A stretch of DNA of 64,000 nt from Candidatus Thalassarchaeum betae (GTDB taxonomy: Archaea > Thermoplasmatota > Poseidoniia > Poseidoniales > Thalassarchaeaceae), in assembly GCA_003193925.1 (NCBI GenBank), contig PSPG01000012.1:1-64000 (forward strand), given 5' to 3'. The translations under genes were made by a program, and so were the position numbers. Below the pieces are notes generated by a model, which was given only the letters and a program-made list of their open reading frames with translations, did not search any database and was not told the DNA's origin. Shown here piece after piece: positions 27,626 through 37,108 of this stretch. Every line of letters starts with the position of its first letter. Position 1 is the first letter of the stretch.

Positions 27626-28777
27626 TCATTTCCTGATGATGACGGTGAGCAGATCCTCGTCCTTGAGCAGGTGGTCCAGCCCGACGCGCTGCCAGTCGAA
27701 CTTGGCACTAGGTCCCTTGACCCTGGCGTAGCGAAACTTGCGAACGAAATCGCGATGCAGCTTGGCACAGACGTCGCGCACGGTGGAGGTGTCCTTGACT
27801 ATCAGAGGCTCGACGAGGTCGGCTTCCTGACCTTGCGGCTTGAGGTAGATCGACATGAAGTGCAGATTGTCGAAGATGAAGTCCTTCATGTGCTCGATGC
27901 CCTCTCCCGTCTTAGCTGAGACCTCGAGGACCGGCCAGCCCTCAGGCAGCACCGCCCTCGCCCTCTCGAGGTCCTTCTCGGTGGCGAGGTCGATCTTGTT
28001 CAGGATGATGACTGCGCGGCTGTAGACCCTGCTGCCCGCCAACGTGTCGACGATGTGGTCGTCTGTGACGTCTGTACGCAGGGTCACGGTAGCCGATACT
28101 ATGCCGAAACTGCGCACGATGCCCCGTATCTCCTCCTCTGTCAGGTTGCTCTGCTCGAGGGTCGAGCGGACTACGATGCCTCCCCTCTTGGTCCTCGTGA
28201 TGAACACCTGTGGGGGATTCTGATTGAGTCTCATTCCGGACTTCCAGAGCTCACGGTCGAGGATATCGAAGTGGGACTTCTGGAACGGTTCGATGACATA
28301 CAGCACCATGTCCGTGCTGCGAATGACGTTGAGGATCTCGTGGCCCCGGCCCTTGCCGTCCGCAGCCCCCTTGATGAGGCCGGGCAGGTCGAGAATCTGG
28401 ATCTTGCCCCCGCGGTGCTCCATCACCCCGGGTATGCAGGTCAGTGTGGTGAAAGCGTAGTCACCGATGTTGGAGTCGGCCTCTGTCAGCTGGGCGATGA
28501 GGCTGGATTTCCCCACGCTCGGGAAGCCGACCAGTGAGACTGAGGCATCACCCGACTTCTTAACCTCGAAACCGGGGCCACCGCCGCTGGCCTTGGCATG
28601 GGCCCGAGCCTTCTCCCTGCGGGCCTTGAGTGCAGCGATCTTGCCCTTGAGCTTGCCAATGTGGCCCTGAGTGGCCTTGTTGTACTTGGTCTTGGAAATC
28701 TCCTCCTCGAGGGACTTGATCTGCTCCTCTATAGTTGCCAGGACGCTCCCTCCAGTGCCTTCTCGGGCGTCATCCAC
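27626..28777 (-). CDS. DRG/OBG family GTPase with TGS domain
   Basis: TKYNKATQGHIGKLK, GFPSVGKS, YAFTT, DLPG, NKID, SAK, QRVGLDH.L.DED. Confidence 0.95.
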   Translation of the reverse strand: MDDAREGTGGSVLATIEEQIKSLEEEISKTKYNKATQGHIGKLKGKIAALKARREKARAHAKASGGGPGFEVKKSGDASVSLVGFPSVGKSSLIAQLTEADSNIGDYAFTTLTCIPGVMEHRGGKIQILDLPGLIKGAADGKGRGHEILNVIRSTDMVLYVIEPFQKSHFDILDRELWKSGMRLNQNPPQVFITRTKRGGIVVRSTLEQSNLTEEEIRGIVRSFGIVSATVTLRTDVTDDHIVDTLAGSRVYSRAVIILNKIDLATEKDLERARAVLPEGWPVLEVSAKTGEGIEHMKDFIFDNLHFMSIYLKPQGQEADLVEPLIVKDTSTVRDVCAKLHRDFVRKFRYARVKGPSAKFDWQRVGLDHLLKDEDLLTVIIRK

Positions 28778-28878
28778 GCCCCGCCCCGGGTTCTTGAATC
28801 CGGTGGCGTTCTAACGCTCGCCATAGGCGAGCGAGGGTTCTTTGCGTACCACCGAGTGGTCTGTTCGGGACGAGTGCC

Positions 28879-29559
28879 ATGGTTGATGTGATGCTTCTTC
28901 TGGTCGAGCGGGAGGCCTTCGATGGGTTGTGCTCTATGCCCCTCGGAGAGCTGCTCGATGGCATGCAGCGACGGGCTCTCAGAGACCGGCGTCCCGAATC
29001 AGACCAGCGCTTCCACCGAGCCTTCGACGTCGACCTCGAGGGTGATGTCCTGGAGTGGTCTGATGGGGCCGAGGGAACCGACCCGTCAAGGTCGCTGCGC
29101 GAACAGCGGATTTCTCCTGCGTCGGCCTGCGGACTGGCCCTCGCCCTCACCCGCTGGTGCTCGGTCGGTGAATGGCGGTGCTGGGACGCCCGACTGTACC
29201 TCTACATCGAGCCACTACTGGGCAGGGGCGTCTCCGCTGAGGAGTTCCTCCGGCCGGAGATGTGGGCGGAGTTCTCCGACGCCCTCGCCAAGACCGACCG
29301 GTTGTCTTACTCTGAGTCGGTCGTGCTTGACTGGATGTCGCGCAGGCAGGACCTCGGAGAGACGATGGAGCCGTCGGAGGACCCGCGCATCCTGCCTACG
29401 ATGGAGGCTCACCGCACTGCCAGTGACTCACTGCACATCTTCCTAGAGAGAGCTCGACGCGAGGGACTGTCTCTGTTGATTGGCCGAGAGTACCTCGACC
29501 CAGGCCTGTGGAAACTCGACTCGGAATCACTCGACTCGGCGTTGGGGGTGGGGGCCTGA
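28879..29559 (+). CDS. Hypothetical protein
   Basis: 226-aa ORF with normal codon usage immediately upstream of nadM; no recognised motif. Confidence 0.6.
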   Translation: MVDVMLLLVEREAFDGLCSMPLGELLDGMQRRALRDRRPESDQRFHRAFDVDLEGDVLEWSDGAEGTDPSRSLREQRISPASACGLALALTRWCSVGEWRCWDARLYLYIEPLLGRGVSAEEFLRPEMWAEFSDALAKTDRLSYSESVVLDWMSRRQDLGETMEPSEDPRILPTMEAHRTASDSLHIFLERARREGLSLLIGREYLDPGLWKLDSESLDSALGVGA

Positions 29560-29570
29560 CTGAGCTTCCA

Positions 29571-30173
29571 ATGCATCCAGAGCCGCCCGCCTCGCCCCCT
29601 GCCCCGGGAGTCGTCGTCCTAGGCCGCTTCCAGCCCGTCCACCACGGACACACTCTGATGATAGCCGCCGCCGAGAGGTGGCGCCTGTCGATCGCGCCCG
29701 AGCTTCCTATGATCATCGCCATCGGTTCTTCCAACCGCCCCGAGTCGATGGAGAACCCGTGGAGCACAGAGGAGCGTGAGGAGATGCTGCGGGCCTGGTT
29801 GGAGGACAAGGGCGGCTTCGAGCATGCTCTCATCGTGGCGATCCCTGACATCGAGGACCCACCCAACTGGGTTGCTCACGCAGAGCAGTATCACGGTCCT
29901 GCTGGAGTCTTCTTCACTAGCGACCTGCCTTCGGCAGGACTCTACGAGAGCGCTGGATGGCAGGTCGTGATAACCCCCTTCGAGCAGCGCGAGCGGTTCG
30001 AGGGCTGGCGGGTGAGAGCCACGGCTCAGATGATGTCCACGATAGATGACGACGAGGCGGTCCGAACAGTCCTCTCGCCCGCCATGCCTATATCGGTCGT
30101 GAACTACCTCATCGAGGCGCAGGGGCTACGCCGTCTCGCCTTCCTAGGCGAGGGCGGCGAGCCAGTCGGCTGA
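29571..30173 (+). CDS. Nicotinamide-nucleotide adenylyltransferase (archaeal NadM-like)
   Basis: GRFQPVHHGH (HxGH), IGSSN, ENPWS.EER.EM, IPDI..P.WV. Confidence 0.85.
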   Translation: MHPEPPASPPAPGVVVLGRFQPVHHGHTLMIAAAERWRLSIAPELPMIIAIGSSNRPESMENPWSTEEREEMLRAWLEDKGGFEHALIVAIPDIEDPPNWVAHAEQYHGPAGVFFTSDLPSAGLYESAGWQVVITPFEQRERFEGWRVRATAQMMSTIDDDEAVRTVLSPAMPISVVNYLIEAQGLRRLAFLGEGGEPVG

Positions 30174-32258
30174 TCACCAGATGCCTTCGAAGGTGCACGA
30201 CCCGTCGCATGTGTCACTAATCACTCCGGTGTCGAGGAAGTCGAATGCCATGGTATAGGCCGCTGGTTGGGGTATGACTTGCCCATGTGCGTTGGAGTGA
30301 TAGTCTAGGGATCCAGCGAGATTGCCAGTGGGAACCTCGGGGAAATTTCCGTCGAAGTATGCGACTCCCGAGCCCGTGATAGGCCCATTTACTACCTCCA
30401 CGCCCCATGGATGCCAGGCGGAAGCTTCCAGATTTGCAAGGCCGGCTGTCCTGACGGCCCTGTCACAACTCAAAGTCGCTACTTGGAAGTCGTTCATCGA
30501 GGTGATGTAGACCATCTGGAAGGGTTGAATCAGCCCATCCAGACCATTCTCGTGGTATGGCAGGAAGGTTTCCGCATCAGTTGAGTCCCAGAGGGATTGC
30601 ATCGCAGCTATCATGATCCCCCTGTCGTTCCTGGAGGGGTATGCTATGCTCTCGGCGAAAAGCAAATCGAAGGTAGTGTAGTGGGTAGACCTCTCGATTT
30701 GGTGAGTGAAAGAGGATCCTCCTACCCACAGCACTCCGCGGTCCACCTCGGGAACCATGCTCATCAATGCAGGTCCACGGAGACCTCCGAAGGATACTCC
30801 CCAGTAGTTCACATCCGAGACATCAACCAGATTGGTGCCTTCGTGTTGGAACTCCGGGAGATCCGCGCACACGCCGGTGAATGTCCGCATCATAGCGAGG
30901 TTGTTGACAATTGACTGCATGTGTCGCTCTTGCTGGTGCTGGAAGTACTCGACGTTGATCAGGGAATAGGTCAGAGCATCAAAATCGCCATCAGAGCTCC
31001 ATCCCTTCCAATCGGTCCCAATCATCACTCTGCCAGTCATGTTTGCGAACACCCGGTTGCCCCGTACCATGCCATCCCCGTCGCCCATGAAGCCATGGCC
31101 GAGAATTGTCATCGATCCAGAGCGACCTTCCTCGGCCAGAATCTGTGGGATGAGGATGGCGAAGACCACTTCTCGGAATTCGATGAATTCAGGAGATCCG
31201 CTCGCATCCCTGCGCATCGCTGCAGGCGGGAAGTCAGATTCCATGTACTGAGGGGTGCTGAACGTGCCCCGAATCAGGCGAAAAGTCGTATTGTCCTCCC
31301 CGTAGTCTTCCACGACCTCGGTGACGTCGCAGCCTACCCCGTCGTCTCCCAGCCTTTGCGATGCATCGTCGCGCATGGCCACCATGTCCTGCAGGATGGA
31401 AGCTGTCGAGGCGGTGTGGAAGAACCAGGCTGCCTGCAGCGTGGACCTGTCGACCCCAGCCTCCCCGAGGGAAGTGAACAGTCCCTCGTAATCGGCGCGC
31501 TGCGCCTCGATCTGAGGCGAGTCGGTGGATTGGCCGTCGCGCAGCGCGGCAAAGGCGGCCGAAGGCTCGACTGCGTTGCCCCCGGTGTCGACCAGATTGC
31601 GGTAAGCGACTCCGTAGGATGCATCGTGCTCGAGGCCGCGAACTGTGCGGATGTAGACGAAGGTCGGCTCGTCCTCCTGGCTGCGCACGTCGATCTCCAC
31701 CCAGTGCGGAAGTCGCTCGTCGGTATCGAGGTTGATCAGTACGGTTGCGTGCCCGGGGTCGAGTGAGTCGCCGATGCTGTACTGGTCGGCCAGGCCTGAT
31801 ACGTCGGGGGTCGACTCGAAGGTGGTGAATATCTGGGTGGAGGGGCTGTACCCGTCCAGTCTGTTGATCATGTGGAACGCTTCGGACGGGCCTGAACCGG
31901 AATCCGGTATCGCCTCAGCCGTGATGTGCAACCTGTAACCCGTGGCCGTGGTTTCATCATCTACGAGGAAAGCAGGAGCCGGGAAGGGCAGCATGCAGTG
32001 GTGCGGGTTCACGTCGTCGCAGAACTCGGACTGCGAGGTTAGCCTTACATCTGGCTCCGGCTCCGGTTCGGGCTCCGGTTCGGGATAGGTGCAGGACCTG
32101 TCGGATACGGTGGCATCGGGATTGTAGTTGCTTGCGGTCTCATCCATGCAACCAGGCACCTCGTCCAACGGATCTTCCACGACCTCGCCGGTGCAACCCG
32201 ACAGCAGCATGGAAATAACAAGCAGAATGCCTATCCTAGTCTTGGCATCGTGACTCAT
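30174..32258 (-). CDS. Secreted lipoprotein, alpha/beta-hydrolase (extracellular lipase-like)
   Basis: Lipobox-like LLSGC, Cys-rich module, PE linker, CMLPFP..LDGYSP, GHG oxyanion region, nucleophile elbow YWGVSFGG. Confidence 0.72.
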   Translation of the reverse strand: MSHDAKTRIGILLVISMLLSGCTGEVVEDPLDEVPGCMDETASNYNPDATVSDRSCTYPEPEPEPEPEPDVRLTSQSEFCDDVNPHHCMLPFPAPAFLVDDETTATGYRLHITAEAIPDSGSGPSEAFHMINRLDGYSPSTQIFTTFESTPDVSGLADQYSIGDSLDPGHATVLINLDTDERLPHWVEIDVRSQEDEPTFVYIRTVRGLEHDASYGVAYRNLVDTGGNAVEPSAAFAALRDGQSTDSPQIEAQRADYEGLFTSLGEAGVDRSTLQAAWFFHTASTASILQDMVAMRDDASQRLGDDGVGCDVTEVVEDYGEDNTTFRLIRGTFSTPQYMESDFPPAAMRRDASGSPEFIEFREVVFAILIPQILAEEGRSGSMTILGHGFMGDGDGMVRGNRVFANMTGRVMIGTDWKGWSSDGDFDALTYSLINVEYFQHQQERHMQSIVNNLAMMRTFTGVCADLPEFQHEGTNLVDVSDVNYWGVSFGGLRGPALMSMVPEVDRGVLWVGGSSFTHQIERSTHYTTFDLLFAESIAYPSRNDRGIMIAAMQSLWDSTDAETFLPYHENGLDGLIQPFQMVYITSMNDFQVATLSCDRAVRTAGLANLEASAWHPWGVEVVNGPITGSGVAYFDGNFPEVPTGNLAGSLDYHSNAHGQVIPQPAAYTMAFDFLDTGVISDTCDGSCTFEGIW
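32052..32084 (-). repeat. Degenerate 6-bp tandem repeat encoding a PEPEPEPEPEP linker
   Basis: ggctcc/ggttcg units in the sequence. Confidence 0.7.
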
Positions 32259-32295
32259 GGAGTCCCTGATGGCCCGAGCGGTTATCAAATGCCCG

Positions 32296-33360
32296 TCAGG
32301 ATGCAAGCATCCTGTGGAAGTGGTGAACTCCTGCTTCCTTGGTTGGAGAGTAGCGACCTCTGTCGTAAGCACCGGCAGCAACACCCCTCTGCACGGCTTC
32401 GACGATCCCTTGGTCCTCAGCCTCGACCTTATCGAGGTCCCTACCTGCTCCTTTGCCTAACATCGAGGAGTCCCAGACATAGCCGTGGTACACGATTCTA
32501 GTACGGTCCACCGACAGGGGCACGACGAGGTTAACTGACAGGCCCCAGGGGTAGAAGTTGAACATCATTCCGGGGTACAGCCAGTAGTAGTACGCGGCCA
32601 CCCTTTGACCGTAATCGGGAGAAGTCTCTGGCAAGTTGAAGCAGATCTCATTCCCACGGGCTATCCCGATCTGCAGGACCCCTCCCTCGAACAACTCGGT
32701 CCTGTACGAGTCGTAGTCCAACTCCTCATGCAGACCACCGTGTACGTAGGGTATGTGGAAGCCCTCTAGGTAGTTGTCGACGTAGAGAGCCCAGTTCGCT
32801 TCGATGTCATAGGAGCGGTGGCGCGATGGGTCGTGCTCGAAGGACTCGATCGGCATCCAACCCAAGCGCGACTCCAACTCGTCGAGGCAACCCCCGAACC
32901 CGTTCGGCTCAGTGCCTGCGAACAGCAGCCCCTTCCAGCGCTTGAGCGCGAAGGGAGCTAGATCGTCGGCAGGGCTGGGAAAACCCTCCACCCCCTCGAA
33001 CTCGGGCATGTTCCGGAAGCACCCGTCGAGCCCGAAGGTCCGCCCGTGGTAGCCACAGCGCAGCGTGGAGGCGCTGCACGGCTCGGTCGCGACCAGCATC
33101 CCGCGGTGGGTGCAGACGTTGGAAACGCAGCGGACGACATCATCGCGAGTCAGCAGCATCGGCTCGCCGACGAGGCTCTCCATGTGCTCCAGCGGCAGCA
33201 CGTTGTGCTCGGCCAACTGGCTCTCGTGTGCTGCGAAGTGCCAGCATCCGCAGAATTCCGAGACGATCCCGGCGAAGACGCCCTCGTCGGTGTAGTAGCG
33301 GGAAGGCAGTGTGTGCGCCTTCCTGATATCCGGGTCGATGAGCTGCTGTTCCGACATCAC
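32296..33360 (-). CDS. Rieske non-heme iron oxygenase alpha subunit (choline monooxygenase-like)
   Basis: Rieske CTHRG..CGYHG; mononuclear Fe motif NYLEGFHIPYVH, EDQ, E.GVHHFH. Confidence 0.88.
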   Translation of the reverse strand: MMSEQQLIDPDIRKAHTLPSRYYTDEGVFAGIVSEFCGCWHFAAHESQLAEHNVLPLEHMESLVGEPMLLTRDDVVRCVSNVCTHRGMLVATEPCSASTLRCGYHGRTFGLDGCFRNMPEFEGVEGFPSPADDLAPFALKRWKGLLFAGTEPNGFGGCLDELESRLGWMPIESFEHDPSRHRSYDIEANWALYVDNYLEGFHIPYVHGGLHEELDYDSYRTELFEGGVLQIGIARGNEICFNLPETSPDYGQRVAAYYYWLYPGMMFNFYPWGLSVNLVVPLSVDRTRIVYHGYVWDSSMLGKGAGRDLDKVEAEDQGIVEAVQRGVAAGAYDRGRYSPTKEAGVHHFHRMLAS

Positions 33361-33863
33361 TCACCCTCGGCCACTATTACTCTAGCGGCGCGAAGGACGC
33401 GGTCATGGTACATGTAACCGACCTCGACGACCTCGATGACGCTCCCTGGCTCGCAGCCCTCGGGGGCTGGGACCGTGGCGATAGCCTCCATGTTCGTCGG
33501 GTCGAATGTGGAATCCACCTCTATCTGGGTGACTCCCTCAGCCTTCAAGGCGGCCTTGGCGCCCTCCAGAGTCAGTCTGACTCCCTCTCGCAGAGCGTCG
33601 GACTCGTCACCGTTGGAAGACTCCAGCGCCTTCTCGAGGCTGTCTACCAGAGGGAGCATCCTGAGGGCCATCGACATACCGCCGTAGCGCATCCCCTCCG
33701 AGCGCTCCCGCCTCGCCCGCTGGCGCACGTTGACCATCTCGGCGGCGGAGTACTGGAGTTTCTTCTCAAGGTCTGCGACCCTTGCCTCGAGCGCCTCTAC
33801 AGGATTGGCCTCGGCCTCCTCCTCGACGGCTTCTGCGACCTCGTCCTCGACCTCATCGGGCAC
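33357..33863 (-). CDS. grpE: Nucleotide exchange factor GrpE
   Basis: AEMVNVRQR, LPLVDSLEKAL, FDPTNMEA, GYMYHDRVLRAARV. Confidence 0.92.
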   Translation of the reverse strand: MPDEVEDEVAEAVEEEAEANPVEALEARVADLEKKLQYSAAEMVNVRQRARRERSEGMRYGGMSMALRMLPLVDSLEKALESSNGDESDALREGVRLTLEGAKAALKAEGVTQIEVDSTFDPTNMEAIATVPAPEGCEPGSVIEVVEVGYMYHDRVLRAARVIVAEGE

Positions 33864-33906
33864 GTTGCGCCGTCCGAGACCTCATTCAAGAATCCAATGG
33901 TTCGCG

Positions 33907-35685
33907 TCACTCCGCGTAGAAGTATTCGCCACTCGCCTTCTGCTCGCGGTCCTTGACGCTCCCGGGCTTGTTTATCCGAGGCCTGTGCGAGTCGTGGTCG
34001 CGCCTGAACGTCACGCCTACATCCGAGAGGAAGCGGTTCATGCCCTTGCGCAGGCTCAGCGGCCCTACGGCGTTGCCATTGCTGCCTCCCTCGCCGTCGA
34101 AGACCAGCAGGGAGTCGCTTACGATATCGATGAAATAGATGTCGTGGTCGATCACCATCGCCGCCTTCTCGTTGCTCTCCATCGTCCTGCGGATGGCCTT
34201 GGCCGCTTCCATCCTCGCGTTGGCGTCCAGATAGGCGCTCGGCTCGTCGAGCAGGTAGAGGTCGGCCTCCTTGCCCAGGCAGATGGTGATGCTGACAGCC
34301 TGCAGCTCGCCACCGGACAGATTCTTGGCCTGTAACTCGAGCATCTTGTCCACCTGTAGCGTGCGCACCACCTGAGTGTGGAACTCCCCCGCTCGCCACT
34401 TATTGCCCAATTCGGTGTCCAGCCAGTCCTGGACAGTGCCCTCGAAGTCGGCGCTGACGTGCTGCGGCTTGTAGGAGACCTTGGCGTCCATCGTGCACCA
34501 GCCTTCGTCGGGGTCCATCTGGCCGGCGATGATCCTAGCCATCGTCGTCTTACCAGTGGCGTTGGGCCCGACCACTCCCACGACCTCGGCCGACTTGACC
34601 TCGCCCTGTCCGGTCTTGAGGTGGAAGTCTCCAAGCGTCTTCTCGATGTCACCCCACTTCAGGATGGGCATTCCGACCCCCTCTCCGCGGGTGCGCCCGC
34701 GCAGGAACTGGATTGGCTTCTCGCGAATCCTGATGTTCTCCTCCGCTAGGAAGCCGTCGAGGTAGGCGTTGATCGCCTTGCGAGTCGAGCGCGGCGGGGT
34801 GAAGACGCCGTACGCCCCCCTCTCGCCGTAGACGACGTGCAACAGGTCGCACAGCACGTCGAGTATCGCGAGGTCGTGCTCGACCACCAAGACGCGCTTG
34901 CCGCGTTTGGTCAGGTCCTGTATGATGCGCACCATGCGCAACCTCTCATAGATGTCGAGGTATGATGAGGGCTCGTCGAAGAAGTAGACCTCGGCTTCCT
35001 TGAGCAGCGTCGCGCAGATGGCGACGCGCTGCAACTCTCCGCCCGAGAGCGCACCCAACTTCCGCTCGAGGACGTGCTCGATGGAGAGTAGTTCGGCGTA
35101 CTTGGGGAGCTCTGCACGGTCGTCGACCCTCTCGAGCAGCTCACGGACCTCGCCATCGAAGATCTTCGGCAGTTTGTCGATGTACTGCGGCTTCACAGCG
35201 ACTGCAACGTCCTCGTTTGCGACCATTCCCAGATAGTCGCGCAGTTCCCCTCGTGGGAACGACTCGAGAATCTCGCCCCAATCGCGCGAGTTGACAGTCC
35301 AGTCGCCGAGGTTAGGCTGAATGGTCCCGGCCAGGAGATTCACCGCGGTGGACTTGCCCATCCCGTTTGGACCCAAGATGCCGACGACCTGCTGCTCGCG
35401 AGGAGTTGGCAGCCGGAACAGGCGGAAGCCGTTCTCGCCGTAGCGATGCGTCATCTCGCCTTTCAGCTCCTCGGGCAGGTTGGTGATGATGAGGGCGTCG
35501 AACGGGCACACGTTGACGCAGATCCCGCAGCCGATGCACAGCGCCTCGGAGACCAGGGGCTTACCGCTCGAGTCATCGAGCACTATGCACTCGATGCCGT
35601 TTCGCACGGGAGGGCAGAAGGCCCAGCACTCTGCGTTGCACTTCTTGGGTTGGCAGCGGTCCTCCAGCAGTACTGCCACCCGCAT
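33907..35685 (-). CDS. Ribosome recycling ATPase ABCE1/RLI
   Basis: N-terminal Fe-S domain (CQPKKC..C..FCP; CIGCGICVNVCPF), two ABC domains, TFRRD..RPRINK.GS.KDREQK. Confidence 0.97.
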   Translation of the reverse strand: MRVAVLLEDRCQPKKCNAECWAFCPPVRNGIECIVLDDSSGKPLVSEALCIGCGICVNVCPFDALIITNLPEELKGEMTHRYGENGFRLFRLPTPREQQVVGILGPNGMGKSTAVNLLAGTIQPNLGDWTVNSRDWGEILESFPRGELRDYLGMVANEDVAVAVKPQYIDKLPKIFDGEVRELLERVDDRAELPKYAELLSIEHVLERKLGALSGGELQRVAICATLLKEAEVYFFDEPSSYLDIYERLRMVRIIQDLTKRGKRVLVVEHDLAILDVLCDLLHVVYGERGAYGVFTPPRSTRKAINAYLDGFLAEENIRIREKPIQFLRGRTRGEGVGMPILKWGDIEKTLGDFHLKTGQGEVKSAEVVGVVGPNATGKTTMARIIAGQMDPDEGWCTMDAKVSYKPQHVSADFEGTVQDWLDTELGNKWRAGEFHTQVVRTLQVDKMLELQAKNLSGGELQAVSITICLGKEADLYLLDEPSAYLDANARMEAAKAIRRTMESNEKAAMVIDHDIYFIDIVSDSLLVFDGEGGSNGNAVGPLSLRKGMNRFLSDVGVTFRRDHDSHRPRINKPGSVKDREQKASGEYFYAE

Positions 35686-35753
35686 GCTCCTTCCCCCGTT
35701 GCGATTCGTTCTATACTTCTTCTGTGTGGCTTGCCAGAGGCAGCCGCTTCTGC

Positions 35754-37004
35754 TCAGAGCGCAAGGAAGCGGTAGCGCACGTACACGTACGCGGCGAGAA
35801 ACATCTTCTCGGTCTTGCTGAGTTGTATCCTCTCGGTGAAGACGTCACCGTCCTTCCTCTGTATCTTATTGAGTATCGACTGGTAGAAGGTCGCCATCGC
35901 GGCGGGTGAGTACCGAGACGACCTGTCGAGAAGACCGAACAGCTTGAACGCCTTTTCGCGGTACCCGTCGCACCTCTCGATGTACTCATCCACGAAGGGC
36001 TTCCATCCGGGGTGATTGAGCAGCTCCTTGCCGCTCTTGACGTCGTCCTCGGTGATGCCGAAGCGAGCGAGGTCGTCCAGAGGCAGGTAGATCCTGTCAC
36101 GCTCGGCGTCCTCGGCGACGTCGCGCAGGATGTTCGTGAGTTGCATGAAGACGCCCCATGACTCGGCGTACTCGCGCGCCCTCGGGTCGTCGTAGCCGTA
36201 GATCTCGATGCAGACGAGCCCGACGGTGGAAGCCACCCTGTAGCAGTAGGAGTATAGGTCCTCGAAGGTCTGGTATCGGTTGCGGTGGAAGTCGTCCTCC
36301 ATCCCGCTGACCATGTCGTCGAGCATCTGGCGCGGGATTCCGAAAGTCTCGACCGTGTCCTTCATCGCCATGAAGATCGGGTCGGTCGAGGTGACGTCGC
36401 TGTAGGCGGTGGAGAGCTTCTTCCTGTAATAGAACAACTGCGACATCTTGTCATTGTAGGCAGAGCGGTCGACGACTGGCCTGCCGGCGCTGAGAAGCTC
36501 GATCTTAGACCTGTAGTCGACCGCTTCGGGTTCGTCCGACGAGCCACCGGGGAAGATGTCGACATAGTCACCGTCGGCGATGTCGTCGGCGCGCCGGCAG
36601 AACGCGTAGTAGGCCATGATGGCGCGGCGCTCGAGGTCAGGCAGATACTTGAACGAGTGGTAGAAGTTGCCAGCCTCCCTTCTGGTGAGCTCCTCGCAGT
36701 AGTCGTATGCGGTCTCAGTCATGCGCTCAGGGACATCCGGCTCGGACCAGATTGCAGCATCGATGTGGCTGAACGGGTTGACCAACTCGCCCCTGCTTCC
36801 AATCACACCCATGAAGACCGCACCTTCGCGAACCGCCTCAAGTGCGGTGATGCTGATTACGCGAGCCGCTTCCTTGGTCAGATTGACCGCAGAGCGGACC
36901 CTCTCGATGCCTCGGGGCTCCTCATCGGCATCGTACAGGGATATGGTCCGCTCGAGGCCTAATTTGGCACCGGTGGCCAAATCTGAATCCTGACGCTGAG
37001 CCAT
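35754..37004 (-). CDS. Phytoene/presqualene-diphosphate synthase (HpnD/CrtB-like) with N-terminal extension
   Basis: NFYHSF, YAFCRRADDIAD, YCYRVASTVG, QLTNILRDVAED..RIYLP. Confidence 0.88.
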   Translation of the reverse strand: MAQRQDSDLATGAKLGLERTISLYDADEEPRGIERVRSAVNLTKEAARVISITALEAVREGAVFMGVIGSRGELVNPFSHIDAAIWSEPDVPERMTETAYDYCEELTRREAGNFYHSFKYLPDLERRAIMAYYAFCRRADDIADGDYVDIFPGGSSDEPEAVDYRSKIELLSAGRPVVDRSAYNDKMSQLFYYRKKLSTAYSDVTSTDPIFMAMKDTVETFGIPRQMLDDMVSGMEDDFHRNRYQTFEDLYSYCYRVASTVGLVCIEIYGYDDPRAREYAESWGVFMQLTNILRDVAEDAERDRIYLPLDDLARFGITEDDVKSGKELLNHPGWKPFVDEYIERCDGYREKAFKLFGLLDRSSRYSPAAMATFYQSILNKIQRKDGDVFTERIQLSKTEKMFLAAYVYVRYRFLAL

Positions 37005-37108
37005 GCTACTCCCGAATCGGGCACCGCAACCTGCCTTTGAACCTCTCCCTCGTGCGCGCGGGTCCCGCGTCACGCGGTACCGCGGAGCACTATCCCTAGA
37101 GCGTTGCG

